This document shows, one piece after another, positions 1 through 9,700 of a stretch of DNA of 64,000 nt. The DNA is from Planctomycetota bacterium. Lineage in GTDB: Bacteria; Planctomycetota; B15-G4; JADJEK01. Numbering within the stretch: position 1 is the stretch's first letter; every line of letters starts with the position of its first letter. Both the position numbers and the translations under genes were made by a program. Under the pieces are notes generated by a model. It had not been told where the DNA came from. It did no database searches and saw nothing but the letters and a program-made list of their open reading frames with translations. The stretch is from contig JBGAIQ010000025.1 in the NCBI GenBank assembly GCA_044225365.1, forward strand, positions 16,937 to 80,936, given 5' to 3'.

Positions 1-904
1 CGAGGTCCTGCTCGAAGGCGAGAAGCTGTGCTTCGAGGAGCCCTACGCGATCGCGGCCCTCGCGAGCGTCGATGCCTATCTGCACACGCGTCCCGAGGTC
101 GACAAGACGTTCTCGGTCCTCGACTTCATGAAGCGCATGAGCGAGGCGCGCGGCGGCGGCAAGGGCACGATCCCGAGCGATCCGGCGGGATTGACCGAAG
201 CGTTCTTCGTGCTCGAAGGCAGCTCCGAGGTCGATCGCTTCATCACGAAGGATCGCGATGCGGCGAGGATCTCGATCCGGTTGAACGCACACTCGACGAA
301 GGGACCGGTCGAGGTGGTGCGCGGGCTCGAGGAGTTCCGCACGTCGCTCGATCCGCGACTGAAGCTGTCGACGACCGGCGTGTCGAAGATCTTCGCTGCG
401 ACGTCGCAGGCGCTCGTCTACGGCGAGACGAAGTCGCTGTTCCAATCGCTGTTCTGGGTGTCGCTCGCGCTGCTCGTAGCGGTGCGCTCGTGGCGGATGG
501 GTTTGATCGCGCTGCTCCCGAACGTCGCGCCGATCCTCATCACGCTCGGCACGATGGGGTGGCTGCACGTGCCGCTCGACATCGCGACGATCCTCGTCGG
601 ATCGATGGCGCTCGGAATCGCGGTCGACGACACGATCCACCTGATCACACGGCACACCGAGGAGCAGGGAATCGAGCCCCGCGGCGCGCTGGTGCGGACG
701 CTGCGCTCTTCGGGTCACCCGTCGATCTTCACGACGTTCGTGTTCACGGGGGGATTCCTGGTATTCCTGCTGTCGAGCTTCCCGCCGATGCGCGCGTTCG
801 GCGCGCTCGCCGCCTACGCGATGATCGTGGCGATGTTCGCGGACCTCACGCTGCTCCCACTTCTCTTGCGCGGCCCGCGCGAACTTGAACCGCGGGGCGG
901 GTGA
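1..904 (+). CDS. MMPL/RND-family membrane transporter, C-terminal part (5' truncated by window edge)
   Basis: Frame open from base 2. Multiple TM helices with the MMPL motifs 'LLPNVAP' and 'ALGIAVDDTIH', plus 'GGFLVFLLSSF' and 'ADLTLLPLLL'. Confidence 0.85.
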   Translation, partial: EVLLEGEKLCFEEPYAIAALASVDAYLHTRPEVDKTFSVLDFMKRMSEARGGGKGTIPSDPAGLTEAFFVLEGSSEVDRFITKDRDAARISIRLNAHSTKGPVEVVRGLEEFRTSLDPRLKLSTTGVSKIFAATSQALVYGETKSLFQSLFWVSLALLVAVRSWRMGLIALLPNVAPILITLGTMGWLHVPLDIATILVGSMALGIAVDDTIHLITRHTEEQGIEPRGALVRTLRSSGHPSIFTTFVFTGGFLVFLLSSFPPMRAFGALAAYAMIVAMFADLTLLPLLLRGPRELEPRGG

Positions 905-1049
905 CCGTCCGCGCGATCGCCGTCCGATTTCCACGCGCGGAGATTTGCCACGCCGTCTGCGGCAAACTCAGATTCGTTCCTCGCGAGTGGATGCGGCAAC
1001 GCAGATGCGAGCGTCGCGGCCGTCCGTGAGGGCGAGGTCGATCGATTCA

Positions 1050-1242
1050 CACGGAGGACCACGGAGGTCAGAGGAGGACTACGGGGGTCGGAGAAGAACA
1101 GAGATTCAGGAAAGGGGCCGTCCCGCACACGCGATGCGATCGAAGCTCCTCGGCAACCGCGTTCGCAATGACCGCCGAGGTGGCCCCCTTTCCCGTTTCC
1201 TAACCTCCGTGGGCCTCCTCTGACCTCCGTGGGCCTCCGTGG
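1050..1242. repeat. ~45-bp imperfect inverted repeat pair (CCACGGAGG-rich) around a ~100-nt core; REP/MITE-like
   Basis: 1050-1095 cacggaggaccacggaggtcagaggaggactacgggggtcggagaa matches the reverse complement of 1197-1242 (ccacggaggcccacggaggtcagaggaggcccacggaggttaggaa). Confidence 0.75.
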
Positions 1243-1437
1243 AAAACTCTTCATCGTTCACCGAAAGCGCGCGCGGGAATACACGAGCGAGCGTCGCGGC
1301 AACCCGTGAGGACGCTGTCGACCGCGGCGCGATGAGTTCGCATCCGACGGCGTGCAAACCTCTGCGGCGGGTTCTTCATCGTCGTCCGTTCACACGATGC
1401 GTTCGCACCCAAGACTCTCCGGGGTATGCTCCCGAGC

Positions 1438-2226
1438 GTGATCCAGTTGAACGTTCCCACGAAGCCCGCACTCGTGAAGATCGGCGGGTCGATCGCCACG
1501 GTCGCGGATGGCGATCATGTGAATCGCAATGTCCTGATGCGGCTCGCCGGCGAATTCCGCGAAGCCGGAATCCCGCTCGTACTCGTCCACGGCACGGGGC
1601 ATGTCGGCAAGCCATGGGCCCATCGCGGCGGGTTCGCGACGAGCGGCTACCTTCCTCCGTGGGAGAAGAAGACCTCCCTCACCATTCGCTCCGAGCTGCG
1701 GAGCCTCAACCGAAAGATCGTCGAGTGCCTCTCGCACGGCGGCCTCCGCGCGATCGGAATGGAATTCGAATCGTGGCAGGAACTCGGCAGACGCCATCCC
1801 TCCGCTGCGCGCCACCAGATCGAGGAACACCTCCATCACGAAGAGACCCCTGTCTTCTTCGGTGACATGCTGGCGCAACCCGAAGGCGGCTATCGCGTCT
1901 ACTCGAGCGACCGCATGCTCATCGATCTCGCGCGCCGCGTTCCGTTCGGGACCGGTCTCCTCCTCACCGACGTCGAGGGCGTCCTCGGCGGGACACCGGA
2001 ACGACTTCTTCCCGAAGTCTCCGAAGGAACGCTCGCCCACGTCGCGCGAAGGACGAGCGACGACGCCGATGTGAGTGCGGGCATGCGGGGCAAGCTCGCA
2101 AACGCGTTCGTGCTCGCACGGCACGTGGAACGGTGCTTCATCGCGAGCGGAATGAAGCCCGGTGTCGCCCGCGATCTCCTCCTTCGACGCGACGCGCCCG
2201 CGACGCGAATCGTGGTCGATCCGTGA
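1438..2226 (+). CDS. Amino-acid-kinase superfamily protein, isopentenyl phosphate kinase/FomA-like
   Basis: Motifs LVKIGGS, VHGTG, PVFFGD, YSSD, LTDVEGV and DVSAGMRGKL. Start is GTG 1438 (leaderless geometry) or ATG 1426. Confidence 0.75.
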   Translation: MIQLNVPTKPALVKIGGSIATVADGDHVNRNVLMRLAGEFREAGIPLVLVHGTGHVGKPWAHRGGFATSGYLPPWEKKTSLTIRSELRSLNRKIVECLSHGGLRAIGMEFESWQELGRRHPSAARHQIEEHLHHEETPVFFGDMLAQPEGGYRVYSSDRMLIDLARRVPFGTGLLLTDVEGVLGGTPERLLPEVSEGTLAHVARRTSDDADVSAGMRGKLANAFVLARHVERCFIASGMKPGVARDLLLRRDAPATRIVVDP

Positions 2227-3194
2227 ACGCTGTGAACGATTTCCGATCGAGCGCGATCGGCCTCGGATGCTGGGCGATCGGCGGACCGTTCTTCCGCGGG
2301 ACCGAGCCGCTCGGCTGGGGCGAAGTGGACGACGACGAATCCGTTCGGGCGATCCATCGCGCACTCGAACTCGGCGTCACGTTCTTCGACACCTCGGACT
2401 TCTACGGCTGCGGTCGTTCCGAGCGCGTGCTGGCGAGCGCGCTTCGCGATCGCCACGACGTCGTGATCACGACGAAGTTCGGCTATCGCTGCGACGAAGC
2501 CACTCGCCAGGTGCTCGGTCACCGCGATCTTCCGAGAGAACTGTCCACGGCTCTCGACGCCAGTCTCGCGCGACTGCAGCGCGATCACGTCGACCTCTAC
2601 CTCCTCCATCTTCGCGACTTTCCGCTCGAGCGCGTCGACGACCTCGTCGCCGCCCTCGAGACCGAAGTCGCGAAGGGACGCATTCGCGGGTACGGCTGGA
2701 GCACCGACGATCCGCTGCGCGCACGGGCGATCGCTCGTGGAGAGCACTGCGTCGCGATCGAGCAAGCGCTCAACGTCTTCCAGGGCGATCGCGATCTCTT
2801 GCGTTTCACGCAGGAGCGAGGCCTCCTGTCGATCGCCCGCAGTCCCCTCGCGATGGGATTGCTCGCGGGCCGCACGACTCGCGCCGGCGCGGACGACATA
2901 AGGTCGCGGATCGCGGACTCGAATCCCTCGTGGCGCGCGATTCACGATCGTCTCGAAACACTTCGAACGGTGCTCACTCGCGACGGGCGCACACTGGCGC
3001 AGGGCGCCCTGCTCGCGCTGCTCTCGCGCGGCGAGAACGTGATCCCGATACCGGGATTCCGCTCCGTCGCGCAGGTCGAGGAGAATGCGGTAGTTCTTCG
3101 AATGCCGGCAATGGATCCAAAGGACGTCGCACGGATCGACGAACTCGTCGCCTCGCTCACGCTGCCGCCCGACCCCCTCACGTTGCGAGGATGA
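2223..3194 (+). CDS. Aldo/keto reductase
   Basis: GLGCWAIGG, FFDTSDFYG, TTKFG, SLARLQRDHVDLYLLH, PLAMGLL and PIPG motifs. GTGA overlap with the upstream stop. Confidence 0.92.
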   Translation: MNAVNDFRSSAIGLGCWAIGGPFFRGTEPLGWGEVDDDESVRAIHRALELGVTFFDTSDFYGCGRSERVLASALRDRHDVVITTKFGYRCDEATRQVLGHRDLPRELSTALDASLARLQRDHVDLYLLHLRDFPLERVDDLVAALETEVAKGRIRGYGWSTDDPLRARAIARGEHCVAIEQALNVFQGDRDLLRFTQERGLLSIARSPLAMGLLAGRTTRAGADDIRSRIADSNPSWRAIHDRLETLRTVLTRDGRTLAQGALLALLSRGENVIPIPGFRSVAQVEENAVVLRMPAMDPKDVARIDELVASLTLPPDPLTLRG

Positions 3195-3201
3195 TCTCAC
3201 G

Positions 3202-3960
3202 ATGCCCGCTTCCCGAAGAGTTCCTGCATTCGTCCTCGCTCTCTCGATCCTCGGCTGTCGACGAAACGACTCGAGCGCAACGTCGCACCTCACGATCGCC
3301 GCCGCATCCTCGCTCCGCGAGTTGCTCGAGGCGACGGCGCCCGCGTTCGAGACTGCGCACGCGGGCTGCCATCTCACGTTCTCGTTCGACGCGAGTTCGA
3401 CGCTCTCGCGGCAGATCGAAGTCGCCGATGGGTTCGCCGCCTTCCTTTCCGCCGATCGCGCCAACATCGATCGAATCACTTCGCGCCTCGACGCGACGAC
3501 GATCACGAGCTTCCTCTCCAACACGCTCGTGATGGTCGCCCGAGCCGACATCCCGGATCCGGTCGTCGATCCGGCGAAACTGAGCACTTCCTCGGGCAGG
3601 ATCGCGCTCGCCCTCGAGGCCGTGCCGGCTGGGAAGTACGCGCGGAAGTACCTCGCGAAGCGCGGCCTCCTGTCCCGACTCTCCGATCGCATCGTCGGCG
3701 GCGAAAACGTGCGTTCGACGCTCGCGCTCGTCGAATCGGGTGCAGCCGACTACGGCTTCGTGTACCGCACCGATGCCGCGATCGCGAAGCAGGCGAAGAT
3801 CGTCTTCGTCGTCTCCAAGGACGATGACCCGGGAATCGAATACGTCGCGGCGTGCGTGCAGAACGCACCGACGATCGCTGCCGAGTACGTGCGATGGCTT
3901 CGCAGCGACGACTTCTCGAAGGCGGCGACCGATCGCGGCTTCCTGCCACCGCCGCGCTGA
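3202..3960 (+). CDS. modA: Molybdate ABC transporter substrate-binding lipoprotein
   Basis: Lipobox ILGC; AAASSL, DASSTLSRQI, FLSAD, VPAGKYA, NVRSTL and GFVYRTDA motifs. Confidence 0.88.
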   Translation: MPASRRVPAFVLALSILGCRRNDSSATSHLTIAAASSLRELLEATAPAFETAHAGCHLTFSFDASSTLSRQIEVADGFAAFLSADRANIDRITSRLDATTITSFLSNTLVMVARADIPDPVVDPAKLSTSSGRIALALEAVPAGKYARKYLAKRGLLSRLSDRIVGGENVRSTLALVESGAADYGFVYRTDAAIAKQAKIVFVVSKDDDPGIEYVAACVQNAPTIAAEYVRWLRSDDFSKAATDRGFLPPPR

Positions 3961-3963
3961 CGT

Positions 3964-5028
3964 TCAGAACGACAACGGAAACCCGAGCAGGTCCGCCGCG
4001 AGGCCAAGGCGCCACATCGGCACGAGGCCTTTCACTCGCATCCGCTGACGCCCCTCACGATCGACGAGGACGAATGCGGACTCCCGTGGCGGGATGCCGA
4101 ACGCCGCGCGAAGCGAAGCATCGTCCACGACGCGTCGCCACGGCTTGTCGACGAATCCCTCGACCGTTCCCGCGATCACGATCGTCGGCTTTCGTCCGTT
4201 CGCCAAGTCCTTGGCGTGCGCGAAGAACGACAGGACCCGAAGGTCGGGATCGTCCGGGGGCGCGAATCCCGACAACAGCAGGGTGAGGGGAGAACCGGAG
4301 AGCAACGGGACGTCCTTCGCACTCGCCTCCTTCGCGAGGAAGCAGATCGCGAGGGGCGGAGCGGCGTCGCTCCCCAGCAACGAGGCGAGATCGGGCCCGG
4401 GAGGTGTCGCGAGGCTCGCTTCGGACGGCGCACCCAGGAGCTTCGTGACGAGGGAGATCTCCGATTCCCCGGGTTCAGAGACGATACGAACCACTTCTCG
4501 CGACGGCGAGACGAGGACGACCGCGACTCGACCCTTCGGCAGTTCGAGGGCGTTGCCGAGCGCGCGCCCGAAATCGAGATAGAAGCGCATCGGGAACTCG
4601 CCTCGCGACTTCGCCATGAGCGCGATCGGCGGTTTTCGCAGCCATTCGGGCATCGCGGGCGACGAGACGATTCCGACGACTCCGGCATTCCACGGGCGAT
4701 CCACCGGTGAATCGATGCATTCGCCGAGGGCCGAGACCCACCGTAGAGCCGCCGGGTCGGTGAACGAGTTCGGGTCGCAACACAATAGGATCATCCCCCG
4801 GCCCGAGCGCACCGCGTCTTCGACGTCGAGCGCCGGCAGGTCGCCCTGCGCCGGGATCTTCAGGAGCGAGAGTTGAAAGGCGTCCGGCAGCGGGGGCAGT
4901 GCCGACGGGACGACATCGCGCGGCGCGAAGACCGTGGCGCGCATGAGCCAGATTCCAGCGCAGAGGAGGAGGACCGCCGCGAGCAGTGCGCCGCATCCGA
5001 TGCGCTTCATCGCTCGCGCGATCTTCAT
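3964..5028 (-). CDS. Membrane-anchored hypothetical protein, probably two thioredoxin-like (YtfJ/AhpC-like) folds without CxxC
   Basis: N-terminal TM helix. Two similar segments, 'FYLDFGRALGNALELPKGRVAVVLVSPSREV' and 'VVDDASLRAAFGIPPRESAFVLVDREGRQ'. Confidence 0.5.
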   Translation of the reverse strand: MKIARAMKRIGCGALLAAVLLLCAGIWLMRATVFAPRDVVPSALPPLPDAFQLSLLKIPAQGDLPALDVEDAVRSGRGMILLCCDPNSFTDPAALRWVSALGECIDSPVDRPWNAGVVGIVSSPAMPEWLRKPPIALMAKSRGEFPMRFYLDFGRALGNALELPKGRVAVVLVSPSREVVRIVSEPGESEISLVTKLLGAPSEASLATPPGPDLASLLGSDAAPPLAICFLAKEASAKDVPLLSGSPLTLLLSGFAPPDDPDLRVLSFFAHAKDLANGRKPTIVIAGTVEGFVDKPWRRVVDDASLRAAFGIPPRESAFVLVDREGRQRMRVKGLVPMWRLGLAADLLGFPLSF

Positions 5029-5039
5029 GCATCTCCGTT

Positions 5040-6776
5040 TCAGTAATCGGACGGATCGAGCGTGGCGACGATTCGCGCGAAGAGAGGGGCCGCGACCTTC
5101 ACGCCCACGAGTTCGACGCCATGGCGCGCCGCGCGGCCATCGAGATTACCGAGCCAGACCGCGATCGCGAAACGCGGCGTGACGCCGACGCACCACGCAT
5201 CGCGCCGGCCGCTCGACGTGCCGGTCTTCCAAGACACTCGACCCTCGCCCACGATTGCGTAATCGCTCGGCGCTCCCGGCAGCGGGTGCCCGGTCGCGAG
5301 GATCGACAGGATCTTCGCGCGCGAGGTCGCGTCCGCCTCCGCGACGGCGAAGCCGGGATCGGAGAAACGCCGCCAGGCCTCGGCGAGTTCGCGCGGTGAG
5401 AACGCCGAGCTGCCGAGCGCCGCGTCGAGCGTCAGCTTGGACTGTCGCACCGGCAAGCCGAGCGACCGCAACATCGACCGGAAGCGCGGCAGACCGAGGC
5501 GCGACAGCATCTCGACCGCGGGGAGATTTCGCGACTGCACGAGCGCTTCCTTCAGTGGCAAGGAGCCTTGGAACGAGCCGTCGAAGTTCCAGGGCTCGTA
5601 GTCGCCGAATGCCTTGGCCCGATCCATCACGAGGGAGTCCGGACCGGCGATCCCGTTCGCGATCGCGGCCCCGTAGAGGAAGGGCTTCAGAGTGCTTCCG
5701 ACATCGCGGCGCTGCAGCGAGACGTCGACGCGCGAATAGTTCCAGTCGCGTCCACCGACGACGACTCGCGGCGCTCCATCGCGACGATCGAGCACGACGA
5801 CGGCGGCGCCATCCACCGGCGTCGTGTCGGCCCGCACGATCGCCTCGACTCGCTCCTGCATCTCGGCATCGAGCGTCGTCCGCAACTCTCCGCCCTTGTT
5901 CTTCGTGCTCAACCCATGACGCAACGCTCCGTCGCAGAAATGGGTCGCGAGGAAGGGCCAATCGTGATGCATCGCCGTCACGGGCTTCGCCACGAGGGCG
6001 GCCCGATCGGCCGGAGCGAGATCGCCTCGCTCGCACATCCGATCGAGCACTCGATCGCGAGCGATGCGCAGCGCCCCGAGGCCGCCCCCTTCCGAGCCCG
6101 TGGAGGACGAAGGGTTCGCCCTCGGAGGCGCGCGCTTCGAGGGTGCGGGTAACAGAGCGACCAGCGTCGCGGCTTCGTCGATCGCGAGTTCACTCGCGTG
6201 TTTCCCGTACCAGAAACGGGCCGCCGCCTCGAAGCCGCGAATGCCCGACCCGAGAGGCGCGAGATTCAGGTAGTGCTCGAGGATCTGGTCCTTGGTCAAA
6301 GCTCGTTCGAGCTGACGCGCGCGAAACGCCTCGATCACCTTCGCCATCCAGGTGCGAGGACGTGGCTCGACGATTCGCACGAGCTGCGAGGTCAATGTGG
6401 ACGCACCCGAGACGACGCGACGCGCGCGCAGATTGTCGAACGCGGCCCGCCCGATCGCGAAGAAGTCGACGCCGGAGTGTTCAGCGAACCTCCCGTCCTC
6501 GCCCGCGAGCAACGCTTTCACCAGGTTCGGCGAGAATGCGTCGAGGGGCATCGCGATGCGCCGCTCGCCATTCTCCGCGGAGATTCGAAGCTCCGTACCG
6601 TCGCGCGCCACGACTCGAATCGACTCTGGAAACGAGTCGAACCGATCGAGCGGGAACGGGCACGTCGTCCCGATCGCGCGCTCGGTCGCGACGAGTGCCA
6701 GGAAGAAGAGCACGCCGGCGACGACGACGCCGAACGCGATCGAGAGTTTGAGGAATCGACGTGCACCCAGCTTCAT
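5040..6776 (-). CDS. pbpC: Penicillin-binding protein 1C (transglycosylase + transpeptidase)
   Basis: GT51 motifs EDGRFAEHSGVD and GASTLTSQL; transpeptidase STLK, SRN and KTG. ATGA overlap with the A2M gene, the canonical pairing. Confidence 0.9.
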   Translation of the reverse strand: MKLGARRFLKLSIAFGVVVAGVLFFLALVATERAIGTTCPFPLDRFDSFPESIRVVARDGTELRISAENGERRIAMPLDAFSPNLVKALLAGEDGRFAEHSGVDFFAIGRAAFDNLRARRVVSGASTLTSQLVRIVEPRPRTWMAKVIEAFRARQLERALTKDQILEHYLNLAPLGSGIRGFEAAARFWYGKHASELAIDEAATLVALLPAPSKRAPPRANPSSSTGSEGGGLGALRIARDRVLDRMCERGDLAPADRAALVAKPVTAMHHDWPFLATHFCDGALRHGLSTKNKGGELRTTLDAEMQERVEAIVRADTTPVDGAAVVVLDRRDGAPRVVVGGRDWNYSRVDVSLQRRDVGSTLKPFLYGAAIANGIAGPDSLVMDRAKAFGDYEPWNFDGSFQGSLPLKEALVQSRNLPAVEMLSRLGLPRFRSMLRSLGLPVRQSKLTLDAALGSSAFSPRELAEAWRRFSDPGFAVAEADATSRAKILSILATGHPLPGAPSDYAIVGEGRVSWKTGTSSGRRDAWCVGVTPRFAIAVWLGNLDGRAARHGVELVGVKVAAPLFARIVATLDPSDY

Positions 6777-9700
6777 CGCACCACCAATTCGGAGAGCGCG
6801 CTCGACGACCAAGCGACGATTCCGGGACGATACAAAGCCTCGCAGCGAGCCGGAGGGATTTCATACGCTCCGCGGAACGTCGCACGGATCGGGTACCGCA
6901 GCTCGAAGTCCCCCGCGGGGAGGTGATCGACGAAGAAGAAAGCGCCTCCGTCGCGGATCTCGACACGGTCGGTCGCGATCCCGCTCACGCGATTCTCGCC
7001 TTCGCAACCGGCGGCGATCGAGTCGATGATGGCCACACCATCGACGTCGCGTTCGGCGTGTCCGCGCAGAACCACTTCGTAGAGTCGGCCGCGTTCGATC
7101 GCCGCACCCGGCAGGATCGGCAAGTCGTCGGGAACATTGTGGATCGTGCGGCGGATCGTGAGATCCGCGGACGCAGACTTCGACGGCGGGGCACGCCGCC
7201 CCACCACCTCGAAGACGCCGAACACCGGGCCATCCGCCCCCACCACGATCGACTCACCGCCGCGCAGAGTCGCCGTCCAGTCGAGCGATTCTCCCCCGGG
7301 GCCGTTCGACAGAGAGCGCTCGATGCGATTCCCACCCACCGTGATCGTCAAGTTCACCCGCAAGTCCTTGGACTGCGGAAGACCGAAGGCCGCGAAGTAC
7401 GTGCGCAGCGCGAGCAGGCCGTGAGCCATCTCGTACGTCGTGAGCTGCTTCGGGTCCTCGAGACGGGGGAGGAGTCGCGCGGCGATGGCGTCGACGTGGG
7501 AATCCTTGGGATCGACGACGAGCCAGGTGCGCAGTTCGAGAGCAGAAGAGACGAATGCCGAGCCCAAGGATCCCAATGAATCGCCCAGTGAATTCGATGA
7601 TCTGTCGTTCACGATCGAGGGCTCACCCGCCGCCGGCGCTGGAGAAGCCACCGCGCCGAGCGAGCCGAGCAATAGGGCCCGTGCGCGTTCGCGCTCGCCC
7701 GCTCGCGCGAGCGCAAGAGCCGCGCGGATCCGGGCATTGCGGACCTTGCTGCGCGCGGCGCGCTCGATCGCTGGCCGCGATGGAATGCCTGCTCGCCCAG
7801 CGAGGTCGGCCGCCGTCGCGGCGATGAGCGGATCCTCGCTGTTCGCGAACTCTCGAGCGGCATGCGCGGCGGCACGCTTCAACGCGCCCTCGGGTACGGG
7901 GAACCCGCGATCGGAGAGTTCGAGCATCGCTTCGAGTGCGTGCAGCGTCGGAAGCGGGTACTCCTCTGCGGAATCGCGCCAGAAGCTGAATCCACCGGCT
8001 GCGGTCTGCGCCGAGAAGATCTTCTGGAGTCCGACGTGGACGAACGCGTCGAGTGCGACCCGCTCCTTGCCTTCGTCGCCGTCGCCGACCAGGGTCATGT
8101 GGGCCGCTCCGATCCTCGCGAGGAGTTGCGACGAGACCTGCTCCGTGCATCCGTACGGGTAATCGAGGAGCTCTCGCTCCGCGGCGGCGAGTCGCGATTC
8201 CTGATGTCCGTCGAGGACGAGGCGAACACGGACGTTCCCTTCGAACGAAGGATCGACCGTCAACGTGCGCTCGGAATCCGAGCCGAAGGCGATGGCCTCA
8301 CGCGAAGTCGTGATAGGACGCTGCGGCGCGATCGAGAACGCCGCGACGACCGTGCGTTCGAAAGCGCCGAGCTTGCCCTGCACGCGCACTTCGCCACGCG
8401 AAAGGGCGACCCTCGCATCGCTCGTCTCCTGATCGTCGACGAGCACGGGAACGTACAACGTGCGTTCCTCTCCGATCGCGAGCGGCACGCGGATCGTCGG
8501 GCCGGAACCCGAGAGCGCGAGATTCTCGCCGCAGGCGATGTCGAGCGTCAGATCGCCCGCGACACCTGTCGAGTTGCGCACCGTGACGGGTACTTCGAAG
8601 CGATCGCCGCGACGCACCACGTGGGGCGTCGACATCGCGATCGAGAGCGGCGCCTTCACGATCGTCTCGGCGAAATCGCAGCCGAATCGCTGCGCGCCGC
8701 TGGCGATCGCAATGAGCGCGAGGCGCCCTTCGTAATCACGCGCCGCCCCGAGATCGAGCTGTACCGTGGCTTCACCATTCGCGTCGAGATCGACTCGGCG
8801 CATGAGCACGACGCTGCGCTGGTCGACGCCTGTCGCTTCGATCCGTCCCGCCGCGATCGAATCGAAATCGCCGTCACCGCCGGGGGCGCTCACGTCGAAG
8901 ATCGCACCGTGGCGCAGCGCCAGCGCGGAGTCGGCGCCTCGCGAGTCGAGGCGCCGCTTCGCGAGGAAGAACTCGCGCGGATCGGCCGCCGGCGAGGCTG
9001 CGCCGAACAAGGCCCCGCGGTCGACCGCGAGCACGACGCATTCACTGCCCGGTCCGAACCGCGTCGCGTGGACCTTCGCCTCGAGCATCGAACCTGGTTC
9101 GACCGCGCGCGGGGCCTCGAGCGTGAGGGCGCCGACGTGTTCCGCACAATCGATCTCGATCACCGTCGAGCAGGAGAATAGGGACGCGCGATCGGCGTCC
9201 TCCGGCGAACCGCCCATCTCCTTCTGCGGTCGCGCCAGCGTCGCGATCACGTAGGCCGAGGGCGGCAGCCCGTTCCTCGGCAGATCGATGGCGACCTGGT
9301 TCTTCCCGGCCTCCAGCACCGCGCGAGTCGCCGCGTGGATTCCTCCGCCTTCGACCGTGATGAGCGCAACGCCCTTCATCGGGGAGTCGATCTCGAGCGG
9401 AATGCGGTCGCCCGGAGCGAAGCGATCACCGAGGGCGGTGAGGACCAGTTCGTCGGGACGCGGGGCGGACGACGTGACAGGGACGTCGACGCGACGGTCC
9501 TGCGAGCCGACCGAGATGAAGAGGGACCCGTAACCGGGGTCGCCGATCACGCCGAGTTGCGCGGCGTCGACGTGCGCTGCGCCGTTTCGAATGGTCACGT
9601 CGACCTTCTTCACGACGCTTCTCGTCTCCACGTATCGCTCGGACCGTGGACGAACATGCACCCGACCGCGCCTCCCCATCGACGCGCCGATCTCGAGAGG

